Origin: Antedon mediterranea
Taxonomy: Eukaryota; Animalia; Echinodermata
Direction of reading: 5' to 3'
Assembly: GCF_964355755.1 (NCBI RefSeq)
Contig: NC_092675.1
Span: 615,812 to 679,811, forward strand
Length of the DNA: 64,000 bases
The notes below the pieces were generated by a model. The model worked only from the letters and a program-made list of their open reading frames with translations. It made no database searches and was not told where the DNA came from. Below are positions 11,521-24,152 of the stretch, piece after piece; within the stretch, counting starts at the first letter, position 1, and every line of letters begins with the position of its first letter. The position numbers and the translations under genes are program-made.

Positions 11521-12148
11521 AAAATTAATCAATAAATGATAACGACAAAAAAAAATAATGTCACAAATAATGGCGATATAATGTTCAGTTTAACTATATG
11601 TATACATGTGCCACACTTCTCAATCACAATCTCAATGGGACGAAAGACTGGGCACTTCGTCAAAAGTATGAAGGCTAATCTAGTTCATGATATAAAGAAA
11701 AAAACACATGAAATATTCGGCACTGAACAGATGGACTAACAAGTGCTGATATCTCTGATTACGAACCGGTGTACGATTCATTTGAACAGGAACTCAATGC
11801 ACATACCGATGTTAAATATTAATCAGAATATCTCAAAATACAGTTGAACAGTTGATGGGCGTTGAAATCGAATCCGGTTCTCATATATCGAGATTGATAG
11901 AAAAATAATTCCGTGTGTTGTAAACAAATTGTATTTGTAAGGGGAACTTACAACATTAAAATGGTTAGCTCTTCACAAGGTTGATGATACCAACAACAAA
12001 TGTAAGATAATTAACTTACTTAAGATAATTCATATTTTTGTTTAACGGTTTTCACGGTGAAGAATACGGTAATTACATGTATATATTTTCTGATAAGCAT
12101 TCAACAATATACAGAAAGTCAGTTTGACAGGAAAAATTACATATTCTT

Positions 12149-12955
12149 GTTTGGACGACGAAACCAGCTGCCGCAAAGAAGTACAGACGCTGGAACATCA
12201 GTGTCATTCGACATAATCACTTTTGTAGGTTCCTTGCTAAAGAACAACCCTAAACATTACAGTCACGTATTATAATTTATAATATAATACAAATCCACAT
12301 AGATCACGTTCTGTAGGTTCGTTTGGACGACGATACTCCATCCAACCTCAATGATCGACATTTAGAGGAGGTAATAGGCCTACACAATTCCCCACGACAA
12401 TGATCATGAGGAGTAATAACCTCCTATTGCCGCACGACAGTTTGTCACGTAGATTCGTTTGGACAACGTGACCCCAACCTTTGAATCGACAGATGGAGTA
12501 GCCTACACATTTCTCGACAAGTATCACGTATTGTAGATTCCTTTGGACGACGGACCCAAAGGGCAGTCACAAGTCAGATATATTGGAGGTTCCTTTGAAC
12601 GATAACCTAACATTACGATAACAGTCACGAGAAACACATTTTCTCTTTGGCAAATATCACGTATTGTAGTTCATTGTCCAGACGAACCTACATACCATAA
12701 CACTTCCATATATGGACATGATGATGTCATATTTAGGTACATTTTTGTCATACTAGTTTGGTAGTATAGACAGAAAGAACACTAAGGACCAACAATCATT
12801 GGCCTAAACAAAGAAAATATGAACGATAAACCCAAATTCTGAAAACCGACAGAAGTTACAGCCAACGCATGTCATCACAGCAATGCCGTTTGGACGACAA
12901 AATGTCGTAAAAGAACAGAATCCCGAAAAAGGTGGCTCTATTTGGACAACACGAA
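12149..12955. repeat. Interspaced array of a ~30-bp motif ATCACGTxxTGTAGRTTCSTTTGGACRACG
   Basis: Full or partial copies at about 12149, 12215, 12303, 12445, 12523, 12579, 12656, 12887 and 12941, plus an inverted copy at 12677-12692; spacers are variable. Confidence 0.75.
12690..12775. mobile_element. Partial MITE family A copy
   Basis: CCATATATGGACATGATGATGTCATA...TAGTTTGGTAGTATAGACAGA matches the core and right TIR of 44614-44763. Confidence 0.65.
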
Positions 12956-15917
12956 TTTGAAAATGCATTTGTATAATAGTCCAGCCTAGTTCAACACGAG
13001 CAATACGATATACTTTAATTTAATAACTTGGAGAAATCTAGTTTTAGTATTAACAACTGGACACTGTGTGATATAATACCTAATCATTAGGCTTGATCAA
13101 TAATTTGTCTGTCTGAATTTCTGTATATAAATATTATCTGTATACTATACATTTATCAATTTTATTTGAATACTCCTTGTTTCGTTGTTGGGTGTTGACT
13201 TTAAAAATGGATGGTACCGTAGTTTCAGGCACTTTATCCCGTATTTTTATGTTAAGTGTTTTTAGAGGGATAGCAGTCCTAATGTTTCAATAAACCATTT
13301 AACATTTAAACCATTTTAACACAAAGTATACTTCTCGTTTAAAAGATACAAATCTATTCAATATAATATAATTTAATATTGGCATTTAATATTTAGGCTA
13401 TTATAACAGTTAAATATAGGCCTACATAATTCGCTAAGTGAAATTCTCCTTTATATTCGCCGAATTAATTTTTTTTTTAAAGATTCAAAAGTATTATAGG
13501 CCGCTTTTTAGATGATTTGAAATAAGGAAATGTCTTAGTTTATAACAGAGGATTCCTTACGGTAATTCTTATGTACTATAAATAACACAAACGCATTATT
13601 ATACCGAGTTCAGAAAAGTATAATCACTAAATCGGTTCACATTAAGTGTATTGGAAAGTCGAATATGTACGGTTGTGAACGTCAACGAGGGAGAAACACC
13701 ATTTGACAGACGCGCGCGCGCTCTTTTAACCATGATTAAAATCTACGTTCACACGCGGGGTCTGGATTCATATTGATCTTGATACAGATGATTTTTTTTT
13801 CACCGCCAATATTAATATTATCATATATTCAGAGGTACGGCAGAGTGTTTCATGGTTGAAAAAAACATCTGTAGCGTATAATTAGGATTCCCTTATAATA
13901 GAATCAATAAGCATCTCTCCGCAATATAAAATGAATAAAACATTGAGTGCTTTTAAAAAAAGACTGAAAACGGAAATTATTACACAGTACACGAAACATT
14001 GCATCTCCACATTGATACGTAAATATAACATAGGTATAAAATAAGGAATAAAGATAAAATATCATTGTTTATTTTAAAAATTAGTTCCTTTAAGTTCTGA
14101 AAGAATTGTAATAAGTATGAGAGTTGAAACTGTGTAACTCGGATACTTGTTTCCCGTCCCCATTTCTAAATATATTCAAAATGTATGAATTCTCTCATTT
14201 TTCATTCTCGCTTATTGACATTAATTCAATTCATTTGATTAGCATAATCATTTACTGAAGATAATCCGCGTTCGCACGATATATCACTATCCAAATTTGT
14301 TGTGCTGATATTATTCATTTTATTCGTCTGGTTGTTCATCAAGGACATCAGTGCTACTTGGTTTAAAAACACAAAGAGCTTAATAAGTATTTATTTAATA
14401 GCTATAGTCAATAGATTCAACAATTTATAAACTTTTAAGGGCACCTAATATAAGTGGATTGAATGGGTTATAAAGAGTTAAAACAAGGTCGTAGTGATGC
14501 TGAGATTGAGCTTCTTATTTGCTCTCCGTAGGCTTAGGTTAATTAATTCAAAAAGTGATCCGGATTTTGTTCTTGAGTGCCATGGGCACGTTGTATCCTA
14601 TTTGAAGCAATTAGCAGGCATAATATTCTCTATTTACTTTTGGATTTCTAGCATAATGTGTATTTGTTTTCCGGGTAGATTGTGCTGTTGTATCTTGTTT
14701 GTTCACTTTAGAGGGCCAGGCCAGTGCAACTTATAGGCCTAGTACATCTACTCATACTCCAACATTAAATAAATGCATCTCCTTTCAAAGATTTTGAATG
14801 AAATCTTTCTTGTTACGCGAAGGAAAAATGAAAAAAAATTGAAATTCACCAAACGTTTTGTGCGTTGTCAACACACTTTCTCAAGGTTTTCACATTTCCT
14901 TCACGTAACAAAAAAAATTTCATTCAAAAAAAATACTCATATCCCTACTATACTTTTACTTCTAAACAATTAGGTAGGCCTAAACTCTCATATCCAACAC
15001 ATAATTTGAAGAATGACAAAGGATGATTACATTGATGGACGATAAACAATAAAAATATATGAATAATGTAAAATATCACCGTATGAATTGTAGTTAAAAT
15101 CCATTGCATTACATAAAAAGGGAGATCCTTTACCATGTTGATGTAGGCCTATACAAAGAAAAAACTCCATGTTATAATATTGCTTTTGGAATTGGATGTG
15201 TTGGATCTGTGTGAAATGAATTTTAATTTTTTTTGTTGAATGGCGTTTCTTGAATGCAAGCCTACTTTTAATTTTAGATTACTATAATGTCTACAAAGTA
15301 GTTAATTACTCTAGAAATTAAACAAGATACTTGACACAAATAAATATTCAATTGGATAAAATTAGTTTATTGTAACTAAATAATTCTTCGAGATCCGTTC
15401 ACCCTGGAAAAACGACAACGCTATGTTGTCATACAATTACATGAAACAGTTGGTATATTCGCGTCACATGACATCTGTTTAACAGCATGTGCCGGACCAC
15501 AGGCCTAGGTTTACATATTTGACGGGATTTGTACACATTATGATGGCCTAAAATATTATTATCTTTAAATTGCATTCTGTGAGTATGTAGGCACTTTCAG
15601 CACAAACTCTGCTTTTTGAAAATAGTGCCTCCATCATTTTGTTCTTTCTGTATATTGTAAGAAATTATATTTATTTTTGTTAATGAAGGAAATAAATATT
15701 ATTTTTTATTGGTTGATTGATTGATTTTGAGAAATATAATACTGACAATTTAATAATGTATCTTAATATTCATTTGTCATCATCAACGCAATTTTCATCT
15801 TTTTAATTTCAATTAATTCTTTTTTAAATTGTGAACAACAACAAAATGAAGATTGACAATGAATAAAAAATACAATTGAAAAAGCAAAGTAATACAAATA
15901 TTAAATAGTTCGAACAA

Positions 15918-16114
15918 AAAACTAACTGAAACGTGTAAGCTAGCTTTTAATGTTAAAAAACTAACTGAAACGTGTAAGCTAACTTTTAATGTTAAGAAAC
16001 TAACTGAAACGTGTAAGCTAGCTTTTAATGTTAAGAAACTAACTGAAACGTGTAAGCTAGCTTTTAATGTTAAGAAACTAACTGAAACGTGTAAGCTAGC
16101 TTTTAATGTTAAGA
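15918..16114. repeat. 39-bp tandem repeat x5
   Basis: Unit AAACTAACTGAAACGTGTAAGCTAGCTTTTAATGTTAAG; explains ORF 15813-16187. Confidence 0.95.
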
Positions 16115-16210
16115 ATATTAAAGAAACATCCGAAAACAAAAATATATAAAAATGTTCTTTCTGATATATATATATATAAGCAAACACGTGTTTGTAAGTA
16201 GTTCATTATA

Positions 16211-16320
16211 TAATTTGGGACCACTAAAACAATAATGTGCTACATTAAGGTGAGTGTGAGTTGTAATTTGGGACCACTAAAACCAATAATGTGCTACATT
16301 AAGGTGAGTGTGAGTTGTAA
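16211..16320. repeat. ~54-bp tandem duplication
   Basis: TAATTTGGGACCACTAAAAC...GGTGAGTGTGAGTTG twice. Confidence 0.9.
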
Positions 16321-16829
16321 AGGTGTAAAGTGTTTTAACAGTGAAAATAAATGTCGAAGATCGGCAGAGACAAAAGTGCCTTGTAGTTTAGTATCGTAAA
16401 TCGTTAGTTAGGTTAGCAAATATGAAAAGGCATGAGAAAGACGCTGTGCCTTGTTTGTTTTTGTAACTTCCCTATTTTATCGTCAACATTGCCTATTATT
16501 TTTGTCTTAATTCCATCAACATCTTCTACTTTTTCCTCTTCTTTGCAATATCATCATCTTTTTCTTTCCCCTGCATTTCCAAATCCATTATCTCTACTCG
16601 AATGATAATATACTGACTTTCTCTGACACACGTTAGGTTTATATATCGATGCAATTTCAATATCCAGTTGTCGACATTATGGTAAATGGGAAAACGTCGA
16701 AAGTTAATATTCTTGCTAAGAATTGTAAATGCATTAGGACAAAACTTGAAATAAATAATTAGAAAATGTACATTGATTTGAATATGAAGCTACGTTATAA
16801 TTCTCTTAAACAATGTTGTGGAGATTACT

Positions 16830-17100
16830 ATTATAGTGGTCATTTACTGTCTTATTTGAAAATAGTGAACATTATTTTGCTTTTTCGATGTAGTGGAAAT
16901 TACTGTGTAGTGTCATACTGATGTTATCTTAATGTAATGGTATGTTACGGTATTATACCTACCGTTTATTTCAAAAGTGACAATACTGTTTTAATGTAGT
17001 TTCATTACTGTTATTTTTATATAGTTATGTCATTACTGTGTAATTTCAATGTACTGTAGATGACTATACTGTGTTATTTCAATGTAGTGACATTAATGTT
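16830..17100. repeat. Degenerate ~28-bp tandem repeat (CATTACTGT...AATGTAGTG)
   Basis: Recurrent TACTGT / ATGTAGT motifs at roughly regular spacing. Confidence 0.55.
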
Positions 17101-17741
17101 TTCTAGTGGCCATGCATAATGCATACCGTACAATTTATTTCGCATAATTGTATTGTAAAACAAACGGTAAAATACCGAAGGGCATGGCTTTCATGTTCAC
17201 ATGTAACATACTGATAGTGTATCATATCAAATACTCTATTATTAAAACATAATATAAATCATCTCTTGGGATTCAATATTTAGAGACTTAATTAAGTAAT
17301 CATCAGGAATAACGGTTACAGTTGAGTAGTATATCCTATTAAAGCGTGAAAATCAAACACAGGACAATATGAATATTTTACAGACTCTTAGATTCTTAAC
17401 ACAGATTCATGGTAGCATTTATCCTCTTCCCCTTGAATCGTGTATGAAATGGATGTGTACTTGTGTGACACCCAATCGCATGCTAATTATATTATTAATA
17501 CTATAATTAATTATAAAACAAAGTATATGAAATGCAGCGAAATGGACTCGAGAATTTAATTCAAGTAAATTTGACGGAAGTATTCTGTTACATTTCAATC
17601 ATTAATTTTGCTTGATTTGCTTGTTTTTTATATCATGAATAATTCCTGGTACAGTAGAACCTCTGTGAATGTGTTCCTTTAATATGGAATGGCCGTAAAA
17701 ATATATTTTTCCTGGTTAGTTTTACAGGAAAGTATCCCCTT

Positions 17742-17830
17742 AATTCAATTCAATTCAATTTCTTTATTGCTACAAATGCCATCAAGGGCTAATATCCGCT
17801 TAAACATACTACATCATACAAACATATACA
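17742..17830 (-). mobile_element. Short retroposon 3' tail with (TTGAA)n end; sister copy at ~25874-25950
   Basis: Both loci share AATTCAATT...TTTATT...ATGCCATCAAGGGC-AWTATCCG. Confidence 0.5.
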
Positions 17831-18212
17831 TAATATTTACATTAAAAAATTGTTGTTCACATTACTACTACTAATAATAATAGGGATGCCCTCTGAATAG
17901 GAGTGTCCAAAGAGGAGGGGAATTCTAGGCCTACTGATGCGTGTTCATTCAGTAGGTCTTTCACAATGGTATTTTGAAGACACTGTGACACTGTTGGGAA
18001 TATTATTTGATACTTAGTGAAATTACACATCACAAATACTTTGCTTTAATGAATGAATGGTATTCCATTTGACATGACAACTTAATGTATGAAATATAAG
18101 GCAATTGGTATAGAGCGATTATAGAACATCGCATCATAAGCACAGCATGCCAATAGCTAGGGAATTGCCGCTATTTATTATTGGTGTTAAGCATACCTTA
18201 TTATGTACTTAC

Positions 18213-19094
18213 CCCTATTGGCAGAAAACACATCACAAATGCTCCCGCTAACAAATCGAATTGTACAAGCATCCAGACTTCAAACTTTCTTTCCAGTTGA
18301 ATTTTAAGTCTCACTTTTCCTGTTACATCTTTTTCGTCAACTGGATAAGGACGGCGTTGGGGTGGTTTGAGCCTAAAATGGATCAAAACTAAAGTGCATA
18401 ACGAAGCACACCCACCGACAAGTCCTACCACACCGATGATCATAGACGCCGCGACACAAGCGTATAATTTAGCTACAGTTTCCTCATTTCTCCAGTTTAA
18501 GAAACACCATGTATTTGGATACATCAATTGTACCCCTCCAAATCCCATCAAAGGTAGCATCGCTCCAAATCCTGACATAATCCACAATAATCCAATGGTC
18601 CAAGGGGCTTTACGACGCTCCATTTTATATGCATGTGTAATCGGTCGACAAATCGACAAAAATCGTTCCATAGATATAGTTCCTGTTATGTAACTGCAAG
18701 CTAATCCAAAAGATAACATTGAAAAACCATGAAATTTACAAGTTGCGGTTGCTCCTTTCCAATTCAATCCCGCTTCAAAAGCCATGAGCATCAGGGGATA
18801 CGAAGTAACATATCCAAGTATGTTTGTCCAAAACAGGCCTAGAAAAAGTCGATAAAACATAAATCTCCTGTATATTTTGTCGCTGGTATGATATAAACAG
18901 ATTGCGATAATATTGCCCGTCACCCCCAGAGTGCACATCAAAATAGGGGTACGGACTTTGACGCTAGGCTGCAATGCAACCATTTCAGTCATATTAATAT
19001 TCGAATCTCGGTTCATATTGTTGAATATATTAAAGCTAGCTCCCTCCTCGTCAAACGGCGGCCTATGTATGCTGTCAGGTAGTGCTGTCGTCAT
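18213..19094 (-). CDS. Prostanoid (EP/DP/IP/TP-like) receptor-family class A GPCR, coding exon 1 (TM1-TM6)
   Basis: GVTGNIIAI (TM1), FYRLFLGLFWTNILG (TM2), SMERFLSICRP (TM3), ECL2 LPLMGFG...YPNTWCF (prostanoid PGTWCF signature), CFLP (TM6). In-frame stop upstream of the ATG; donor GGG|gtaagt at the end of TM6, the conserved prostanoid-receptor intron position. Confidence 0.93.
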
Positions 19095-19187
19095 CGCTAT
19101 ATCCTATATTCAGCCTATATCGATACAAAGGTTATCCGCTAGCGGTCATTTATTAGGAAAGAACGGTTTACGGACAAGGTAAATATT
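19095..19187 (-). other. 5'UTR part of the GPCR coding exon 1, preceded by a splice acceptor
   Basis: tttaattttgcag| at 19188. A 5'UTR intron is typical of vertebrate prostanoid receptor genes. The upstream non-coding exon was not located. Confidence 0.6.
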
Positions 19188-20399
19188 CTGCAAAATTAAA
19201 ACAAAATAATGTTAATGTTTGCATAACATGACTTGATATGTGTTATTGATTGTATCGCATATTTATGACTTATAAGTAGTAATACTATTATATGTGAATT
19301 GAACAGAGTCATCGTACGTAATATTGGCAGGACTATTAATATTACGCGGCAAATTAATTTTGTTCGGATTTTTTGTTTGACGTAACGACATAATGGTTAT
19401 TATTGTTAATTATAAGTAGTTAGTATTTATTTGAAATCATTAGTTAAGATTCTTAATAATTAAACAATAATTAAAAACAAAACTGTGGAAAATTAGTGCA
19501 TATGCTTACGATATACTTTAATGTACTTTAATGTGAGCCAGTATCCATCTCGCATATAACGGATTTTAATGTTTTGGTTTTTTATTTTGTTTGAATTGAA
19601 TATATATTGAACTGAAAAATGAATAGTATTAGAACGATAGTAACATAATAATAGCAATTAACAATATTTATTTTCAATTTTTATATTTATATAAAAAGTT
19701 TATATTCGTAAAATAATATTGTAATGAAATTTAGATACATTAATACGTTTATTCTCATATTTTCATAGCGGTCGTATAATAAAATTAATATTAATTATCA
19801 ATATTCCAATCAACAATGTCTTTTTTGAATAAATTAACTATTATGGTAATATCAGCCATGAAACAAGATACAATGAAGCCTGCAGCGAAGGTTAACCCCA
19901 TATATAGTGTCGATATAATCATTGTAATTCTATAACAAATCACTATCATTAATGACTTCAAATCGTTTCTACCCTCAGGGGAGAAAGTTTCTTGTCAGGT
20001 TTTATGAATGCAATATTCTCTTTTTTGTTGTAACATAGTAATTTGACAATTATAATCTTCTCTACTGGGAGTCATCTTACCACACAGAACCATTATTTTC
20101 ATAGAATCCTAAGAAAAATATATTGTTTAAATATTACAATTTATTATATAACATAAATATAATTTAAATGTCACCAGTTCAGTTAATTAAAGGTCATGTA
20201 CCAAAACCAATTTGATGCCATATTTTTTGTTTTAAATTGCAATGTTTTGGCAAATTTAACAATCACCCGTCAGACTTGCAGCCTTCTAATAAACCCGAAA
20301 TAATGTTCTTCAGATGGAATTATTATGATTGCGATACATGTTACATATCAATGATTTATTGTGTTTCAAACAGTAGGAGTAATATTCATATAATGTTAG

Positions 20400-20910
20400 A
20401 AACAGAGCTATTGTAGATTAACCAGAACTAGCTTAATCAGTGTTAGTTTAACCAGTGTTAGTTTAACTAGTGTTAGTTTAACCAGTGTAGTTTAAGCAGT
20501 GTTAGTTTAACCAGAGCTAGATTAATTATTATAGCTAGATTAACCAGTGTTAGATTAGTAGATTAGCCAGTGTTAGTTTAACCAAAACAGATAAATCAGA
20601 GCTAGATTAACCAAAGAGCTAGATTAACCAAAGAGCTAGATTAACCAAAGAGCTATAGATTAACCAGTGTTAGTTTAACCAGAACAGATAAATCAGAGCT
20701 AGATTAACCAAAGAGCTATAGATTAACCAGTGTTAGTTTAACCAGAACAGATAAATCAGAGCTAGATTAACCAAAGAGCTAGATTAACCAAAGAGCTAGA
20801 TTAACCAAAGAGCTTTAGATTAACCAGTGCTAGATTAACCAAAGAGCTATATATTATAACCAGTGTTAGTTTAACCAGAACAGATAAATCAGAGTTAGAT
20901 TAACCAAAGC
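20400..20910. repeat. Compound minisatellite (16-17-bp units TTAACCAGTGTTAGT / AGAGCTAGATTAACCAA) with a higher-order ~67-bp block
   Basis: Two related units alternate; the block CAGATAAATCAGAG recurs four times. Confidence 0.9.
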
Positions 20911-23653
20911 TGAATAACAACACTGACTCAAATAAGATTAAGAATAACAAATTATATCCTCAGAGTGCTTGTCTAGGCATTTTAAGACATGAAAACAAAA
21001 AACGAAATCATTTAATACATTTTAAATTTCTTGGATTTTATCGATTGCACTCTCTCGATCGAAAAGACACATTGATCAGTTGAGCATGTACGCATTTCTG
21101 TATACGATCGCGTGTTGTCAACCTTTCCGAGTTCAACTCATTTTTTTCTTTGTAAATCATAGGTCTAAGTTTGATTTTTTTTTAAGTGTACCGTTACATC
21201 CAAGTTCCATAACCTTGCAAATTTGTGAAGCTCTTACATTTACAATGGAAAGATTTATAGTAAAATACTAAGCCTAGTCTGTAATTGTTGTGCCGACGAT
21301 TAAAAGCCCGCAAAAATAGAATAGTTACTCTTTGCGGATCGTTTATCAATATCAACGATAAACACAACAATGAATAATGTTTAATTATTCTTATATATAC
21401 ATTGCCATAATACCAAATAAAGGTAACTTTACGTAAATTAAGACATACAAAATTGTATGGTAGTCATTTATGTTATTTACGGAACTACATTTGGGTAAAT
21501 AATTACTCTGTGTGTCAAAGAGACTACTTGGAAAGAACTAAATGGCACAGTCCTATTTTAGAAAACCACACATTACAAATGAGACACGACAACCAATGTT
21601 TAAACACGTTATGTATAGTAATACTGCTGATCATCTTACAGGTGAGGAAATGTAACTACACACATTCTATTGGAAGTTGGAACAATTTAAACGTACACAT
21701 TAGTAGAAACACATCACTTCAAAAGTAACATTTTGTTATCAAACGTTGGTTACAAAGATAATAAAAAGGGAATATTGACTTTACTACTTTACCATTCCTA
21801 ATATTAGGCCTACTGCGGCATTTTGGACTAAATAATGGCGGTTAATCCTGTCACCGCGAGTAGTTGTTTCCTTGGATACATCGTCTGCTTGCTTTACGAG
21901 ATGATTTTTTTCAATCGCCACATCCTCAGGATGTTTACTCAACGTATCTGATGAAATAATTGTCTTTTTCACTATGTCTACTTGCATAGAGTAATGATCT
22001 CCATTAATTTGTAGCAGAGTTCATCTATCGTGTCTCTCAGCTTAGTTACATGTCATTGGTGGTTTTCTTGTCAACTCATGAACTTAAATTATTCAAATTC
22101 TAAGATGCTTGGTATATGAACTGTCTGTACTATTTTTAAATGATGCTGATGTTAAAGTTACCATTATTTTACATTCATTATGGCAGTCAATTACTGAGCA
22201 CTGTCGTATAACGTATTACTTAGGTTTAAGAAGGATAATCTGAAGTCAGTGATTACGTCACTATGTTCAATTTGATATTTAAAACAAATAGAATTGCGCA
22301 AGATTAGCTTGAAATATGCGAATATACAAATACATTGCACTGAATATAGAATTATACACTTCAATTACTATAGGCCTTTGATACCGCGACTGTTATTACA
22401 TTGTTTTAAAGTTTTGGTTCAAGTTCACGTGATCATGATTTCCTCTATCACAGCGCTCTTTGAAACATACAGTCAATATTTATGTATAATGAGAATTTTA
22501 TCAATTCCATTCTGACGATTACATTATTACATGTACTATTACAAATATGCGATTTTAAAAGATTTTTTAAATGTTATCAAATATAAATAAAATAGTACGG
22601 TAGCTTTTATAAGTGAAATGGTATAGTTTTGAGTATCTGTAAAACTTGTAGCCAATTTATAATTTAGTCAATGTATCATTGTCTCTACGTATGGAGCTCC
22701 ATGGTCCTATCACATGATCTAAAGAATCACTGACACTGTTGCATCGCAGAACCAAGTCACCCCAAGCTCATCTTCATCTTTTCCATTCAACTCCCACTGC
22801 GTTCCGTGTTTTCCAATTAACCTTGCGATCGAACCGCACTAATCAGATTTTCTACACGTACTTTGCTAACTGTGCTCTTCCACGCGTTTCGCTATTTCTT
22901 CGTTACTCAAATCGTTCAGCAACCGGGTAGCCTACACGCGACAACACATCTTCTTCATAATTAAAAGAAATTATCTCATGAATGTTAGACCGGCGATTGG
23001 TAGGTCTAAATAACGTACAGTGGATTAACTTATCCATCACCACGTCTGACTAAATGCCGAAAATAAGCAATGTATTATCAACATAAACAGTTAGTTCTTC
23101 ACAAAAGTTGACTGGCTGTCTCTAATCACAGCTGTTTAATTGTAAAACTAAGAAAGGCTGTACATCTAATTCTAATTTTAACATTCCAGACGTTGTTTGA
23201 ACATTATTTAAACATTGTATACTACAAATGAGAGGAGTCCTGATACATTTACTTTAACACTTCCGTTCAAAACTAAGTGTAGGAATGTTTATTATTATGT
23301 ATTAGGAATAATTTCTCTGGCCCCCCCATGCTCTAATTTGCCACTCCCCTAAATATTTCCAACTTTTATCCAGAATAATATTACAATTAAAAGAAACAGC
23401 TTTAATTTAAATACTCAAATTGGCTGCCAGTCAATGGGTTTTTGGTTGAATTTAACTGTTTGTGTTGTCATTAAATTTTATAAATGAAAACAATTGTTTC
23501 GGGTTTTTTTTCTACGGAAGTGATTAACTTGGTTAAAACTACAAAATGGCCTATTCAAAGTCTGATTTTATTAATCTCCATTTTTCAATACATCTTTACT
23601 ATTTCTGACCTTAGTATTGCGCGAAATTGTATACAGTAGTTGCATGAATTTGG

Positions 23654-24152
23654 ATGTAGGTATAACACGTAGGTATATGTAGGTATAACACGTAGGTATA
23701 TGTAGGTATAACACGTAGGTATATGTAGGTATAACACGTAGGTATATGTAGGTATAACACGTAGGTATATGTAGGTATAACACGTAGGTATATGTAGGTA
23801 TAACACGTAGGTATATGTAGGTATAACACGTAGGTATATGTAGGTATAACACGTAGGTATATGTAGGTATAACACGTAGGTATATGTAGGTATAACACGT
23901 AGGTATATGTAGGTATAACACGTAGGTATATGTAGGTATAACACGTAGGTATATGTAGGTATAACACGTAGGTATATGTAGGTATAACACGTAGGTATAT
24001 GTAGGTATAACACGTAGGTATATGTAGGTATAACACGTAGGTATATGTAGGTATAACACGTAGGTATATGTAGGTATAACACGTAGGTATATGTAGGTAT
24101 AACACGTAGGTATATGTAGGTATAACACGTAGGTATATGTAGGTATAACACG
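23654..24152. repeat. Perfect 23-bp minisatellite, ~21-22 copies
   Basis: Unit ATGTAGGTATAACACGTAGGTAT; produces the three identical repetitive ORFs 23571-24151. Confidence 0.98.

Noticed and set aside
12149-12955. CRISPR-like repeat-spacer appearance
   Set aside because: Eukaryotic intron, no cas genes, degenerate repeats, irregular and partly homologous spacers.
16440-16610. Possible RTE-like LINE remnant (IMDLEMQGK)
   Set aside because: Too degenerate to call without a database search.
18367-19182. + strand ORFs overlapping GPCR exon 1
   Set aside because: Antisense shadow frames of the real CDS.
21784-21987. 67-aa ORF as a possible upstream coding exon of the GPCR
   Set aside because: An in-frame TAG lies just upstream of the ATG at 19094, so it cannot extend the CDS; the donor is weak. 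It could only be UTR.
23571-24151. Three long ORFs (164-188 aa)
   Set aside because: Artefacts of a stop-free 23-bp minisatellite.
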